DNA of 32,000 nt from Methanococcus maripaludis (lineage in GTDB: Archaea > AGJL01 > Methanococci > Methanococcales > Methanococcaceae), in contig NZ_CP026606.1 in assembly GCF_002945325.1 (NCBI RefSeq), positions 930,001-962,000 on the forward strand. The letters are read 5' to 3'. Position 1 is the first letter of the stretch, and each line of letters opens with the position of its first letter. Shown here piece after piece: positions 9,092 through 19,298 of the stretch. The notes below the pieces were generated by a model. That model was not told the origin of the DNA. It saw only the letters and a list, made by a program, of their open reading frames with translations, and did no database searches. The position numbers and the translations under genes were made by a program.

Positions 9092-9436
9092 TTCTGACCT
9101 TAAACAGTCGTAAAACCACGGTTCTTCATAAGATTCATAATTTTTAACATAAGGGCAGTCTTTTGGAAGTGCAGAAACCATTATAGCTTCGAGCATTGAA
9201 AGGCACTTTTTTTCTTTTTTAAACCGGTTTTTATAAATTTTACAGCGTTTTGTTTCAGTATCAAGGTGGTTGCAGTATACAACTTCAGGTTCACTGCATT
9301 CGGTTGAATTAAAAACGTGGATTATACAGCACCTTCCGCACTGCTCGCAGAGATCGTCGGGAAACATTTCCGAACTTAATTTTATTATTTTTTCTTTTTC
9401 ATACTTTATTGTACCTTTTGAAGTAAAAATGTTCAT
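9080..9436 (-). CDS. YkgJ-type cysteine-cluster (CxxCxxCC) protein
   Basis: CEQCGRCC motif plus additional Cys residues. Its 3' end overlaps the convergent CPBP gene by 12 nt. Confidence 0.7.
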   Translation of the reverse strand: MNIFTSKGTIKYEKEKIIKLSSEMFPDDLCEQCGRCCIIHVFNSTECSEPEVVYCNHLDTETKRCKIYKNRFKKEKKCLSMLEAIMVSALPKDCPYVKNYESYEEPWFYDCLRSESKD

Positions 9437-9505
9437 AATATCACGTGGAAATTTAAAATAAATTTTTAAAAGGGGAAATATTAAAAAAAATAATTAAAAA
9501 AGTAA

Positions 9506-10699
9506 TTATTTTCTTGTTAATCCTTCATAGATTGCTGCTTGGAGACCGTGGAATTTAACCATTCCAACAATTTCTCTCTGGTCCATTTCTTTGTTTTCGA
9601 ATGAAACCATTTCTTCGTTGTAGATTGCATCTTTGCTTTCTCTTCCAGCGATTCTCATTGAACCTTTGTAGAGTTTTAAAACTACTTTTCCGTTCATTCT
9701 TGTTTGTGTTTTATCAATAAAAGCATCCAAATCGAGTCTTAATGGTTCGTGCCAGAGTCCTTTGTATACCAAATCTGCGTATTTTGCGTCAACCATTTCT
9801 TTGAATACGAGTTCTTCTCTTGTTAAAACGAGCTGTTCAAGAGCTTTGTGTGCAGTTATTAAAAGCATTGCACCGGGGCATTCATAGTTTTCTCTTGATT
9901 TTAGACCTAAAACTCTATCCTCAACAATATCTACTCTTCCAACCCCATTTCTTCCTGCAATTTCGTTTGCTTTTCTTATTAATGAAACTGCTTCCAATGA
10001 ATCCCCGTTGATTGCTACAGGAACTCCTTCTTCAAATTCGATTTCTACGTATTCTTCTTTGTCTTGCGCATCTGTTGGGTCAACAGTCCATGCAAAACAT
10101 TCTTTTGGAGTTTCGGTCATAGGGTCTTCTAAAATTCCGCCCTCAATACTTCTTCCCCATAAGTTTTCATCGATACTGAATGGTTTTTCTAAGTCTACTG
10201 GAACTGGAATACCTTTTTCTTTTGCATATGCTATTTCTTCAGTTCTTGTAAGGTTTAAATCTCTGATTGGTGCTACAATTTCAATTTCAGGTGTTTTTGC
10301 CCTCATTACTGATTCAAATCTGAACTGGTCGTTTCCTTTTCCAGTGCATCCGTGTGAAATTGCGCTTGCTCCAACTTCTTGTGCAAGTTCTGCAATTTTT
10401 ATAGCAATTAAAGGTCTTGCAAGAGCGGTTGATAATGGGTATCCTTCGTAAAGTGCATTTGCTTTAATAGCTCTGAAAATGTAATCTTTTGCAAATTCTT
10501 CTTTTGCATCGATTGTGTAGTGTTTTAATACGCCGAATTTTTTTGCTTTTTCTTCTGGTTCTTTTAAATCGTCTTCAGGCTGGCCTACATCAACTGCTAC
10601 TGAAATTACTTTGTAGTCGTATTTGTCTTCGAGTAATTTTAAACAGCAGCTCGTGTCAAGCCCTCCAGAATATGCCAAAACTGCAATTTTTTCTTGCAT
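9506..10699 (-). CDS. argG: Argininosuccinate synthase
   Basis: [12 protein letters not shown]-pyrophosphatase motif and a full-length ArgG-like sequence. The ATG at 10699 has AGGTGA 5 nt upstream, so I prefer it over the GTG at 10708. Confidence 0.95.
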   Translation of the reverse strand: MQEKIAVLAYSGGLDTSCCLKLLEDKYDYKVISVAVDVGQPEDDLKEPEEKAKKFGVLKHYTIDAKEEFAKDYIFRAIKANALYEGYPLSTALARPLIAIKIAELAQEVGASAISHGCTGKGNDQFRFESVMRAKTPEIEIVAPIRDLNLTRTEEIAYAKEKGIPVPVDLEKPFSIDENLWGRSIEGGILEDPMTETPKECFAWTVDPTDAQDKEEYVEIEFEEGVPVAINGDSLEAVSLIRKANEIAGRNGVGRVDIVEDRVLGLKSRENYECPGAMLLITAHKALEQLVLTREELVFKEMVDAKYADLVYKGLWHEPLRLDLDAFIDKTQTRMNGKVVLKLYKGSMRIAGRESKDAIYNEEMVSFENKEMDQREIVGMVKFHGLQAAIYEGLTRK

Positions 10700-10831
10700 G
10701 ATTATCACCTGTGTTTTATTTTTCCGTTCTATTTTTGATGTAAATAAATTGTAATCTAAAATTTATTCAATATATTATCTAAATAGTTATAAACTTTATT
10801 GTAAAAAAATGTGAAAATAAAATTTGAGTTA

Positions 10832-11812
10832 TTAAAGTTCATTTTTAAGAAGTTCTGCAACTGCAAAACTAGGTGTTGCAAGGGAAACGTCTTTTCCATA
10901 CCTTTCTGCAACAGAAATTACTTCAAAATCCGCTAATGCATCTTTTAAAATATTTTCTCCAAGTCCTGTTATTACAACTTTTTTGGAACCGTATTTTTCT
11001 GCCACATTTTCCACGTTTTCTAAAATTAACTCTTTCCATAATTCATAATAATTTTTTGCGATATTTTCTGCATCAATTTCTGAAATCTGATTCAAATCTG
11101 AGCATAAAACTTTTGAAATTCTAACTAAACTGCTTCTTTTATCTGTTCCTTTGCCGTCAGGTGTATCGCATGTGTATTCTTCAGTTGTTACTTTTTCCAA
11201 AACTACCGAAATATCCGCAGTTATTGCAAAATATTCTGAAGAAACGTTTGTATCTACGCCTTTAAACGATATCGTGTTTCCAAGATGTGAAATTGGGGTT
11301 CTGAGCGTTCCAACATACAACAATTCATGATTCATGAGTCTTTCAAGGTCTGTTTTTTCTGCAACCACTTTTCCCTCCACGATAGGGATAATGTCAGTTG
11401 TTGTTGAACCCATATCTACTAAAATACAGTTTTCTTCGATATTTTTTGAAACCCATTTTGCAGTTCCGCACCAGTTTGATGCAGAAACTTTCATGTAATT
11501 TGTTTTTGCGCTCTCAAGAGAAATAAAATTTCCATTACTATCAAAAACGGATATATTACTACCAAAAGCAGATTCTGCGGCATTTAATATATTATCTACG
11601 CCTTCTTTTTTTGTTTCATAAGAATCTGCAAGTTCTGCGGTCGTAACAAGTGCTACATGCGATACATCGTTTGAATACGTCTTTAAAACTTCTGCTAATT
11701 TATCGTTATTCTTCCACATTGGAAAATAAAGGTGGTGAACCTTAAATTCACCGTTTTCGTGAAGTTCTGTTATTTTTGTATTTGCTCCGCCAATATCTAT
11801 TCCCAAAATCAT
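10832..11812 (-). CDS. Hydantoinase/ASKHA-fold ATPase-like protein of the H4MPT-linked C1-transfer-associated family
   Basis: N-terminus ILGIDIGGANTK (ASKHA phosphate-1 motif). The family assignment comes from my recollection of the methanogen/methylotroph-restricted family. The ATG at 11812 has GGTG upstream. Confidence 0.6.
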   Translation of the reverse strand: MILGIDIGGANTKITELHENGEFKVHHLYFPMWKNNDKLAEVLKTYSNDVSHVALVTTAELADSYETKKEGVDNILNAAESAFGSNISVFDSNGNFISLESAKTNYMKVSASNWCGTAKWVSKNIEENCILVDMGSTTTDIIPIVEGKVVAEKTDLERLMNHELLYVGTLRTPISHLGNTISFKGVDTNVSSEYFAITADISVVLEKVTTEEYTCDTPDGKGTDKRSSLVRISKVLCSDLNQISEIDAENIAKNYYELWKELILENVENVAEKYGSKKVVITGLGENILKDALADFEVISVAERYGKDVSLATPSFAVAELLKNEL

Positions 11813-11926
11813 TTTCACACCATAGTTAAATAAAAATAAAAAATCATTTTTAAAAGATAAGTTTAATTATAGATAATCACAATATTATTTAAAGTTAATT
11901 TGGTTAATTAAGCGTTATGTGAAATT

Positions 11927-13000
11927 ATGAACGACAATCCTGCCACAAATAAGGTTTTTAAAGAAGTTTCGAGCCTATATAAACAATACTTTGAATATGC
12001 CATACTTGTTCGAAAATGGCTTGAAATTCCTGATGATTTAAGTCATAGGGAAATTGGCTACGGGATGTTAAAAAAAGTAGACAATAGAAATATGTCTTTT
12101 AACACAGAAAGAGACTATTTAGCTTGGGTTTTAAAAGAATCCCCATTTCACTTGTATAAATCACTTTCTTACATGGAATACCCAGATATTGTTGGGGGCG
12201 CTGCAAAAAAAGGTCTGTTTAAAAGAGAAGTTGCATTTGATATTGATACGCATAAAACAGAAAAGTGTACTCATGACGATTCATGGATATGCGAAGAGTG
12301 TTTGGGTGAAGCTAGAAATCAGGTTTTAATTTTAATTGAAGATTTTTTATTTCCTGATTTTGGACTCGACAAAAAAGATTTAAAAATAGTATTTACTGGA
12401 AACCGAGGCTACCACATATATCTAAAACCCGAAGACCCCGAATTGCTTAAAAGAATAGAAAAATGGGGAAAAAACGAAAGAAGATACTTTATTGAATATA
12501 TTTTGGGAAAAAATCTAAATTTAAGGAATATGGGAAGTCGGTGGAAAAATATACTGATAAGAGAATTTAATAAAAACAAGATTGCAACAAAAAAGTTTGA
12601 AAAAACTTCAGACTGGAAAACTGAAATCGATAATAGGAAAGACAATACAAGGCGGAAAATATACGAAACGATCGATAAAGTAAAAAGCAGGCTTGAACTC
12701 GACGAAAAAGTTATGGATGATGATATCCGGCTTCTTAGAACCATTGGATCACTTCACGGGTACACTGGACTTATGGTAAAAGAAATAACTTATAATTCAT
12801 TGAAAAATAACCAGTTCGATCCATTAAATCATGGCGTATTTGCCAAATTCCATAAAAAAATGTACAATGTAAAAATAAAACAGGAACTTGATCCTTTAAC
12901 ACTAAAAGGAGATACTTTTGACCACAATTCAACAGAAATTCCTGCAAGCTATTTATTATTCCTCTTTGGACACGGTATCGACTTTGAAATCTTAGAATAA
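11927..13000 (+). CDS. priS: DNA primase small (catalytic) subunit
   Basis: Catalytic acidic motif VAFDIDT, GNRGYHIY, and a Cys-rich insert CTHDDSWICEEC. Confidence 0.9.
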   Translation: MNDNPATNKVFKEVSSLYKQYFEYAILVRKWLEIPDDLSHREIGYGMLKKVDNRNMSFNTERDYLAWVLKESPFHLYKSLSYMEYPDIVGGAAKKGLFKREVAFDIDTHKTEKCTHDDSWICEECLGEARNQVLILIEDFLFPDFGLDKKDLKIVFTGNRGYHIYLKPEDPELLKRIEKWGKNERRYFIEYILGKNLNLRNMGSRWKNILIREFNKNKIATKKFEKTSDWKTEIDNRKDNTRRKIYETIDKVKSRLELDEKVMDDDIRLLRTIGSLHGYTGLMVKEITYNSLKNNQFDPLNHGVFAKFHKKMYNVKIKQELDPLTLKGDTFDHNSTEIPASYLLFLFGHGIDFEILE

Positions 13001-13067
13001 TTTTTATTTTTTTAAAAAATTAAAATAGTATATCTAAATTTATAAATTAATTTGCCTAAAATAAAAA

Positions 13068-13143
13068 TGGTAGCCCAGCGCGGATTCGAACCGCGGTCCC
13101 ATGCTCCAAAGGCACGGATGATTGGCCACTACACTACTGGGCT
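13068..13143 (-). tRNA. tRNA-Gln (anticodon UUG), with CCA encoded
   Basis: The reverse complement AGCCCAGTAGTGTAGTGGCC...CGTGC-CTTTGGA-GCATG...GCGGTTCGAATCCGC-GCTGGGCT-A-CCA folds as a cloverleaf. Anticodon loop is CUUUGGA. Confidence 0.9.
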
Positions 13144-13179
13144 TCTTTAATAGTTGCACTAATTAGATTGGAATTACGG

Positions 13180-13187
13180 TATATAAA
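13180..13187 (-). promoter_or_regulatory. TATA box (TTTATATA on the minus strand) upstream of tRNA-Gln
   Basis: Consensus archaeal TATA octamer, 37 nt upstream of the tRNA 5' end. Confidence 0.5.
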
Positions 13188-13351
13188 GTTTTCGGTAAAA
13201 TTCATTCTTTTAAAAGCGTTTGAAATATTGATTAAATAGAGATATTCGGATTAATTCTAAAAATAGACTTTATTAATGAGTTAAATAATTTCAAAAAATT
13301 GGATTTAATTTTATAAAAAAATTAATAAAAAATATGAACAATACCAAAAAG

Positions 13352-13359
13352 TTTATATA
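13352..13359 (+). promoter_or_regulatory. TATA box (TTTATATA) upstream of tRNA-Thr
   Basis: Consensus octamer, 44 nt upstream of the tRNA 5' end. Confidence 0.5.
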
Positions 13360-13402
13360 TTGTTTTTGAGTTAGTTGATATGCAAATTGTAGGTTTAAGT
13401 GT

Positions 13403-13476
13403 GCTTCAGTGGCTCAGCCTGGTAGAGCGCCTGCTTGGTAAGCAGGAGGCCGCGGGTTCAAACCCCGCCTGAAGCT
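13403..13476 (+). tRNA. tRNA-Thr (anticodon GGU), CCA not encoded
   Basis: GCTTCAG acceptor stem pairs with CTGAAGC. Anticodon arm is CCTGC-TTGGTAA-GCAGG. T-arm is GCGGG-TTCAAAC-CCCGC. Followed by a T-run. Confidence 0.9.
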
Positions 13477-13520
13477 CGTTTTTTATTTTGGGAAAATATA
13501 TTTATACATTCAAATATATT

Positions 13521-14459
13521 TTAAAATTTTACAAACTCCCCGAAAAATCCATTTTTAGAAAGTAGTTCTTTATCTTTTGAATTTAACGACTGTTTTTTTA
13601 AAGGAGGGATTGCCGAACCATCCTTCGCATAAATTACCCCTTTTTTCTTTTTTGAGCCTAAAAATTTACCTGCATTTCCATCAATAATTATTGTTCCAGA
13701 TATCATGTCAGAAGCAGTGAAATCTCCTGTGTTTCCAGTTATAATTACAGTTCCACCTCTTAACACTGATCCAGTATTTTTTCCAGCATTTCCATTAACC
13801 AAAACAGTTCCATTCTTCATTAAAATTCCTGTGCTCAAATCCACATTTCCATTTACAGTGATTTTTGATCCATTTTCAAGTCTGGCACCAATCGTGTCTC
13901 TAATTACATTATCATTTAAAATTAATTCGTTGTTCTTAAAAACGTTTGGTTTTAAAACTTTTTCTTGTGAATTAGATTCCATTAATTCAGTGATTGAAAT
14001 ATATTTTTTATATCCTGAAATATCGCTTTCAACTTCAATTATATTTCCAATGGGCTCTTTTAAGCTAAATTTTTCGTTTAAATAAACAGTTCCAGAAACC
14101 ATGCTTATCCCAAATCTCGTGTCAATGTTTCCATCAACAATAACAGTACCGGTTTGAATTTTACCTCCCGATCCTCCAAAATACTTTAAATCGGCACCCA
14201 TCGAACTGCAAAACCGGTGTCCCACATCCCCCTTAATATAAACTACATTTTCAGGATTTTTTATGTGGTTTACTAATTTTTCGTAAGATATTCCACCAGA
14301 TACATCACCTTTGATGTCAAAATTACTCTGCCATATAAAGTTGTAAGTAAAATCAAGAATACAATCTTTAGAATCATTTAATATAAGTTCCAGTACATTT
14401 TTATCGTTTAAATAGTCCTCGACTGCCTTTTTTTTCTTTTTAAATATTCCAAAGACCAT
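13521..14459 (-). CDS. Orphan GXGXG-motif beta-helix protein (FwdC / GltB-domain-3-like), function unknown
   Basis: Repeats such as [46 protein letters not shown] and [20 protein letters not shown] upstream. Confidence 0.7.
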   Translation of the reverse strand: MVFGIFKKKKKAVEDYLNDKNVLELILNDSKDCILDFTYNFIWQSNFDIKGDVSGGISYEKLVNHIKNPENVVYIKGDVGHRFCSSMGADLKYFGGSGGKIQTGTVIVDGNIDTRFGISMVSGTVYLNEKFSLKEPIGNIIEVESDISGYKKYISITELMESNSQEKVLKPNVFKNNELILNDNVIRDTIGARLENGSKITVNGNVDLSTGILMKNGTVLVNGNAGKNTGSVLRGGTVIITGNTGDFTASDMISGTIIIDGNAGKFLGSKKKKGVIYAKDGSAIPPLKKQSLNSKDKELLSKNGFFGEFVKF

Positions 14460-14712
14460 GAAACCACCCTGGACAAAATTATACTTATAAATCTTTAATT
14501 AAAAGTATTAAAATTAGGCTTTTTTGATTTTAAAAAATAATATTTATTAAATTCCCCATTAAGCAACTTTATATATTATGAAAATATAGTAAACTGTGTG
14601 GACAATACCCCACAATGAATATTAAACCCCTCAAAAAAATATTTGCTGAAAACAGTTAAAATCATTATTGTCGACAGTTAAATGACCCAATAAAGATCCA
14701 ACGATAATAGAC

Positions 14713-15012
14713 CTAAAACACGAATAAATATTTCTTTAAATCGGTTATTTTACCCCCAGAAATAACCAACCCCTCGTTTTTTAAAATTTCTATCTTTTTT
14801 TCAACCCCGTTGACATATCCTCCAACGTAGCCGTTAGAATTTACAACCCTGTGGCACGGCACTGTTAAAATTTTTGGATTATTTTTCATCGCATTTCCTA
14901 CAGCCCTATAAGCTTTAGTATTTAGAGCTTCTGCTATTATCTTGTACGTGGTGACTTTTCCTCTTGGAATCTGCATTATAAGGTCGTAGCACTGTTCATT
15001 GAATGTTTTCAT
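14713..15012 (-). CDS. Single-domain MGMT-family protein (methylated-DNA-protein-cysteine methyltransferase C-terminal domain only)
   Basis: Active-site motif PCHRVV with the Cys retained. HTH-like segment TTYKIIAEAL. Only 99 aa. Confidence 0.85.
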   Translation of the reverse strand: MKTFNEQCYDLIMQIPRGKVTTYKIIAEALNTKAYRAVGNAMKNNPKILTVPCHRVVNSNGYVGGYVNGVEKKIEILKNEGLVISGGKITDLKKYLFVF

Positions 15013-15071
15013 GAAAAATACTCTGATTTTAACATATAAAAATAAATTTCTAAAAAAGTAAAAGTAAATAT

Positions 15072-16307
15072 TTAGTTTTCTTTAGGGTATGCAGGAAGTT
15101 TGTGGATTGAAATATCAAGCCCTGCTTTTTCTTCAGATTCTTTAACTCTTAAACCGCCAGTAACTGCTCCAACAAGTTTTCCGAGAATAAATCCTGCACC
15201 AGTTCCATAAACTGCACAAATTAATGTTGCAATTATCTGTTCGGTAAGGCTGACCCCACCAACACCGCCAAATGCAGTCATTCCAAATATCCCTGCCAAA
15301 ATTGCACCAAGTGCTCCAGATGTTGCGTGTACAGGAATTACACCACATACATCGTCCAATCCCAATTTTTCAACAATTTTAAATATTAATGGTACCTGGG
15401 ATCCTGCGATAAATCCAATTATTAAAGCTCCAAGCGGGCTTACAATATCAGTTCCTGCACAAATTGCAACAGTTCCTGCTAAAAGACCGTTTGCAGTATA
15501 TAACACATCGTTTTTAGAGAATAAACATCCTCCAAGACCCCCACCTGCCATTGCAAGCGTTGTTGTTGCACATACTAATCCTGAAATATCACTCAATGCA
15601 AGTGAACTTCCAACGTTAAATCCGTACCATCCAAATGCAAGAATGTATGCACCTAGAATCGACATTGGGATGTTGTGTCCCGGAATTGTTATTGCTTTTT
15701 TATTTACGAATCTACCAACTCTTGGACCGATTGCTGCAATTAAACCAAGTGCTAAAAATCCGCCAACACCGTGAACCATTAAACTTCCTGCATAGTCGTG
15801 GAATGGAATTACTCCTGCACCCCACGGCCCAAGATAACTAAAGAATGGGTACAACAAAGCCGTTATAACGATTGAAATTAAAATATATGATTTAAATTTA
15901 ATTCTCTCTGCAATTCCTCCTGCAACAATAGTTGCCGCAGTTGCCGCAAATACGAGTCCTAAAAACCAGTTTGCAAGTTCCAGCCCATTGTTTGAAAGGA
16001 ATGGAGTTGCACTTGCAATTTTTCCCCACCAAATAAAGAAATCTGCAGGGTTTAATGTTCTAGCAATTACTGAACCGACTAAAAGCCAAGAAATACATCC
16101 AATGATCCAGTCGCCCATGTTCTTCATCATTGCATTGTTTACGTTCTTTTCTCGAACCTGACCGCCTTCAAGCATTGCAAATCCAAGGTGCATTATGAAG
16201 ATAAAAGCACCAGTAAAAATTAAAAACATTACATCGCTTGAGTTTGCAAGCGTATTTAACGCATCCATAATATTTGTAGGGTTATTGAATAAATCTGCCG
16301 TCACCAT
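15072..16307 (-). CDS. amt: Ammonium transporter (Amt family), paralog 1
   Basis: 11-TM Amt-like sequence (GGQVREKNVNNAMMKN, HGVGGFLALG, VHATSGALG). 28 nt downstream of a PII gene. Confidence 0.95.
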   Translation of the reverse strand: MVTADLFNNPTNIMDALNTLANSSDVMFLIFTGAFIFIMHLGFAMLEGGQVREKNVNNAMMKNMGDWIIGCISWLLVGSVIARTLNPADFFIWWGKIASATPFLSNNGLELANWFLGLVFAATAATIVAGGIAERIKFKSYILISIVITALLYPFFSYLGPWGAGVIPFHDYAGSLMVHGVGGFLALGLIAAIGPRVGRFVNKKAITIPGHNIPMSILGAYILAFGWYGFNVGSSLALSDISGLVCATTTLAMAGGGLGGCLFSKNDVLYTANGLLAGTVAICAGTDIVSPLGALIIGFIAGSQVPLIFKIVEKLGLDDVCGVIPVHATSGALGAILAGIFGMTAFGGVGGVSLTEQIIATLICAVYGTGAGFILGKLVGAVTGGLRVKESEEKAGLDISIHKLPAYPKEN

Positions 16308-16335
16308 ATTTACGCACCATTAAAATTTAATAATA

Positions 16336-16728
<393 letters not shown>

Positions 16729-16765
16729 TTAAGGAAAACCCATACCTTGAAAAATGTATGATATA

Positions 16766-16785
16766 GGAACCGGAATTCTTATTCT
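16766..16785. promoter_or_regulatory. Two overlapping imperfect NrpR-type operators (GGAA-N6-TTCT twice) in GGAACCGGAATTCTTATTCT
   Basis: Read directly. The site lies 17 nt downstream (on the minus strand) of a TTTATATC box at 16803-10 and about 90-110 nt upstream of the PII ATG at 16674. Confidence 0.55.
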
Positions 16786-16802
16786 TACTTAAAAATAAAA
16801 CT

Positions 16803-16810
16803 GATATAAA
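16803..16810 (-). promoter_or_regulatory. TATA box (TTTATATC on the minus strand) for the PII-amt unit
   Basis: Reverse complement of gatataaa. Position is relative to the operator and the ATG. Confidence 0.5.
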
Positions 16811-16873
16811 TATTCCTATCAAAATAGATAAATTTGAATATTTGAAAAAAAGAATAAAAAATATTTTTAGAAG

Positions 16874-17290
<417 letters not shown>

Positions 17291-17315
17291 TCAATAAAAA
17301 AAAGTAAAAAATTAA

Positions 17316-18542
17316 TTATTCGTCAGGGTAAGCTGGCAATTTGTGTTCTGCAAGATCGAGACCCATTTTTTCTTCTTCTTCAGTAACTCTGAGTCCACCT
17401 GTGAATCCACCAACTAATTTTCCAAGACCGAATCCTAATCCTGTACCGTATACTACTGTTAATCCTGCTGCAATAAGCTGGTTTACCAAACTTACTCCAC
17501 CAGCACCACCAAGAGCAACCATTCCAAAGACACCTGTTAAGACACCTCCTAAAATACCTGCTGTACCGTGTACTGGAATTACACCACATACGTCATCCAA
17601 TCCCATTTTTTCAACGATTTTGTAGACGATTGGTACCTGAATTCCTGCAACAAGCCCGATAATTAATGCTCCTATTGGGCTTACAACATCCGTTCCTGAA
17701 CAGATTGCAACTAAACCTGCCACAATACCGTTTGCTGTGAATAATACATCATCTTTTGACGCTAGGAGTGCTCCAATACCTCCACCTGCCATTGCAAGTG
17801 TTGTTGTTGCACATACTAATCCAGAAATATCTGCAACTGCAAATGAACTTCCTACGTTAAATCCGTACCATCCGATTGCAAGAACAAATGCCCCGAATAC
17901 TGACATTGGGATATTGTGTCCTGGAATTGAAATTGCTTTTTTGTTAACGAATTTTCCAATCCTAGGTCCAAGAGCCGCAATTGCTCCAAGTGCTAAGAAA
18001 CCACCTAGACCGTGTACAACGAAACTTCCAGCGTAATCGTTGAATGGAATCATTCCTGAACCCCAAGGTCCAAGGTACACAAACAGCGGGTATAGTATCG
18101 CAGTTATGATTATTGACATTAATAAGTATGATTTAAATTTAATCCTTTCTGCAACACCACCTGATACAATTGTAGCTGCAGTTGCTGCGAATACCAGTCC
18201 AAAGAACCAGTTTGCTAAGTCTATTCCATTATTTGCAAAGTTTGTTGTAAATATTTGTCCCCACCAGCTGAAGAAGTCCGCAGGAACAAGTGAAACTGAA
18301 AGAACACCACCTATGAAAAGCCATGAAACTGCTCCAATTAACCAGTCTGCCATGTTTTTCATCATTACGTTGTTAACATTTTTCTTTCTGACCTGACCGC
18401 CTTCGAGAAGTGCAAATCCTAACTGCATTGCAAACACAAGTACTCCCATTAATACTAAGAACATTACATCTCCAGAAGTTGCCAATGTACTGAGCCCTGT
18501 TACGATGTTTGTGGGGTCAGCAAATAAATCTGCCGTTGCCAT
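17316..18542 (-). CDS. amt: Ammonium transporter (Amt family), paralog 2
   Basis: Highly similar to the 15072-16307 product. The ATG at 18542 (MATADLF, parallel to MVTADLF of paralog 1) has AGGTGA 5 nt upstream, so I prefer it over the GTG at 18551. Confidence 0.95.
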   Translation of the reverse strand: MATADLFADPTNIVTGLSTLATSGDVMFLVLMGVLVFAMQLGFALLEGGQVRKKNVNNVMMKNMADWLIGAVSWLFIGGVLSVSLVPADFFSWWGQIFTTNFANNGIDLANWFFGLVFAATAATIVSGGVAERIKFKSYLLMSIIITAILYPLFVYLGPWGSGMIPFNDYAGSFVVHGLGGFLALGAIAALGPRIGKFVNKKAISIPGHNIPMSVFGAFVLAIGWYGFNVGSSFAVADISGLVCATTTLAMAGGGIGALLASKDDVLFTANGIVAGLVAICSGTDVVSPIGALIIGLVAGIQVPIVYKIVEKMGLDDVCGVIPVHGTAGILGGVLTGVFGMVALGGAGGVSLVNQLIAAGLTVVYGTGLGFGLGKLVGGFTGGLRVTEEEEKMGLDLAEHKLPAYPDE

Positions 18543-18568
18543 AATTTTCACCTGATTTTATTTTTAAT

Positions 18569-18907
<339 letters not shown>

Positions 18908-19132
18908 TTAAACACCCCTTCGTGTCTTTGATATTTTTTAAGATTGATAAAGTGGTAATCATGATTCACGCGTATGAAATTTCGATTTTTATAGGTCATT
19001 TAATATTTTGTAAATAGGGGTATATTACCTTATTTTTCAACAAGGTAATGTCGGTTATTTGGTTTTTTAATGGTTTTTGGCTATTTTAAGGTTAATGGTG
19101 CGATATAGTGATTTGGTTGGTGCGTCTCGGAA

Positions 19133-19152
19133 GGAACCGGAATTCCTTTTCC
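19133..19152. promoter_or_regulatory. Two overlapping perfect NrpR-type operators (GGAA-N6-TTCC at 19133-19146 and 19139-19152) in GGAACCGGAATTCCTTTTCC
   Basis: Read directly. The site lies 25 nt downstream (on the minus strand) of a TTTATATA box at 19178-19185. Confidence 0.65.
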
Positions 19153-19177
19153 GATGATACTACATAGACATACATCC

Positions 19178-19185
19178 TATATAAA
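19178..19185 (-). promoter_or_regulatory. TATA box (TTTATATA on the minus strand) for the PII-amt-PII unit
   Basis: Reverse complement of tatataaa. Spacing to the operator matches the architecture at 16766-16810. Confidence 0.5.
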
Positions 19186-19298
19186 GATAATTTAAATCTA
19201 AAAATTTAAATCTTTTTTAATCCAAATAGACCAATAAATAGATATATTTTTCAGATAAAAGAAGAATTTAAAGAGTTTGAAAAATTAAAAAAAGAAAG

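Noticed and set aside
13001-13520. Possible tRNA-associated integration site or genomic island, given two tRNAs followed by an orphan gene.
   Set aside because: There is no integrase and no direct repeat of either tRNA 3' end nearby. Composition does not shift. The flanking genes are core housekeeping genes.
15142-15348. The alternative-frame minus-strand ORFs MWCNSCTRN... (15142-15348) and MWCNSSTRY... (17380-17589) look conserved with each other.
   Set aside because: They lie in the same relative position inside the two paralogous amt genes. Their similarity is simply inherited from the nucleotide similarity of the paralogs. The sequences are Trp/Cys/Arg-rich nonsense typical of off-frame reads.
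17341-18396. Plus-strand ORFs 17341-17625, 17737-18036 and 18040-18396, plus 18582-18794.
   Set aside because: They are antisense to amt paralog 2 and PII. Their Pro/Thr/Ala-rich composition mirrors the Gly/Ala/Val-rich membrane protein on the other strand.
19146-19160. Possible C/D-box sRNA signal (cgATGATAc) near the operator.
   Set aside because: It does not match the RUGAUGA C box. There is no appropriately spaced CUGA D box or terminal stem.
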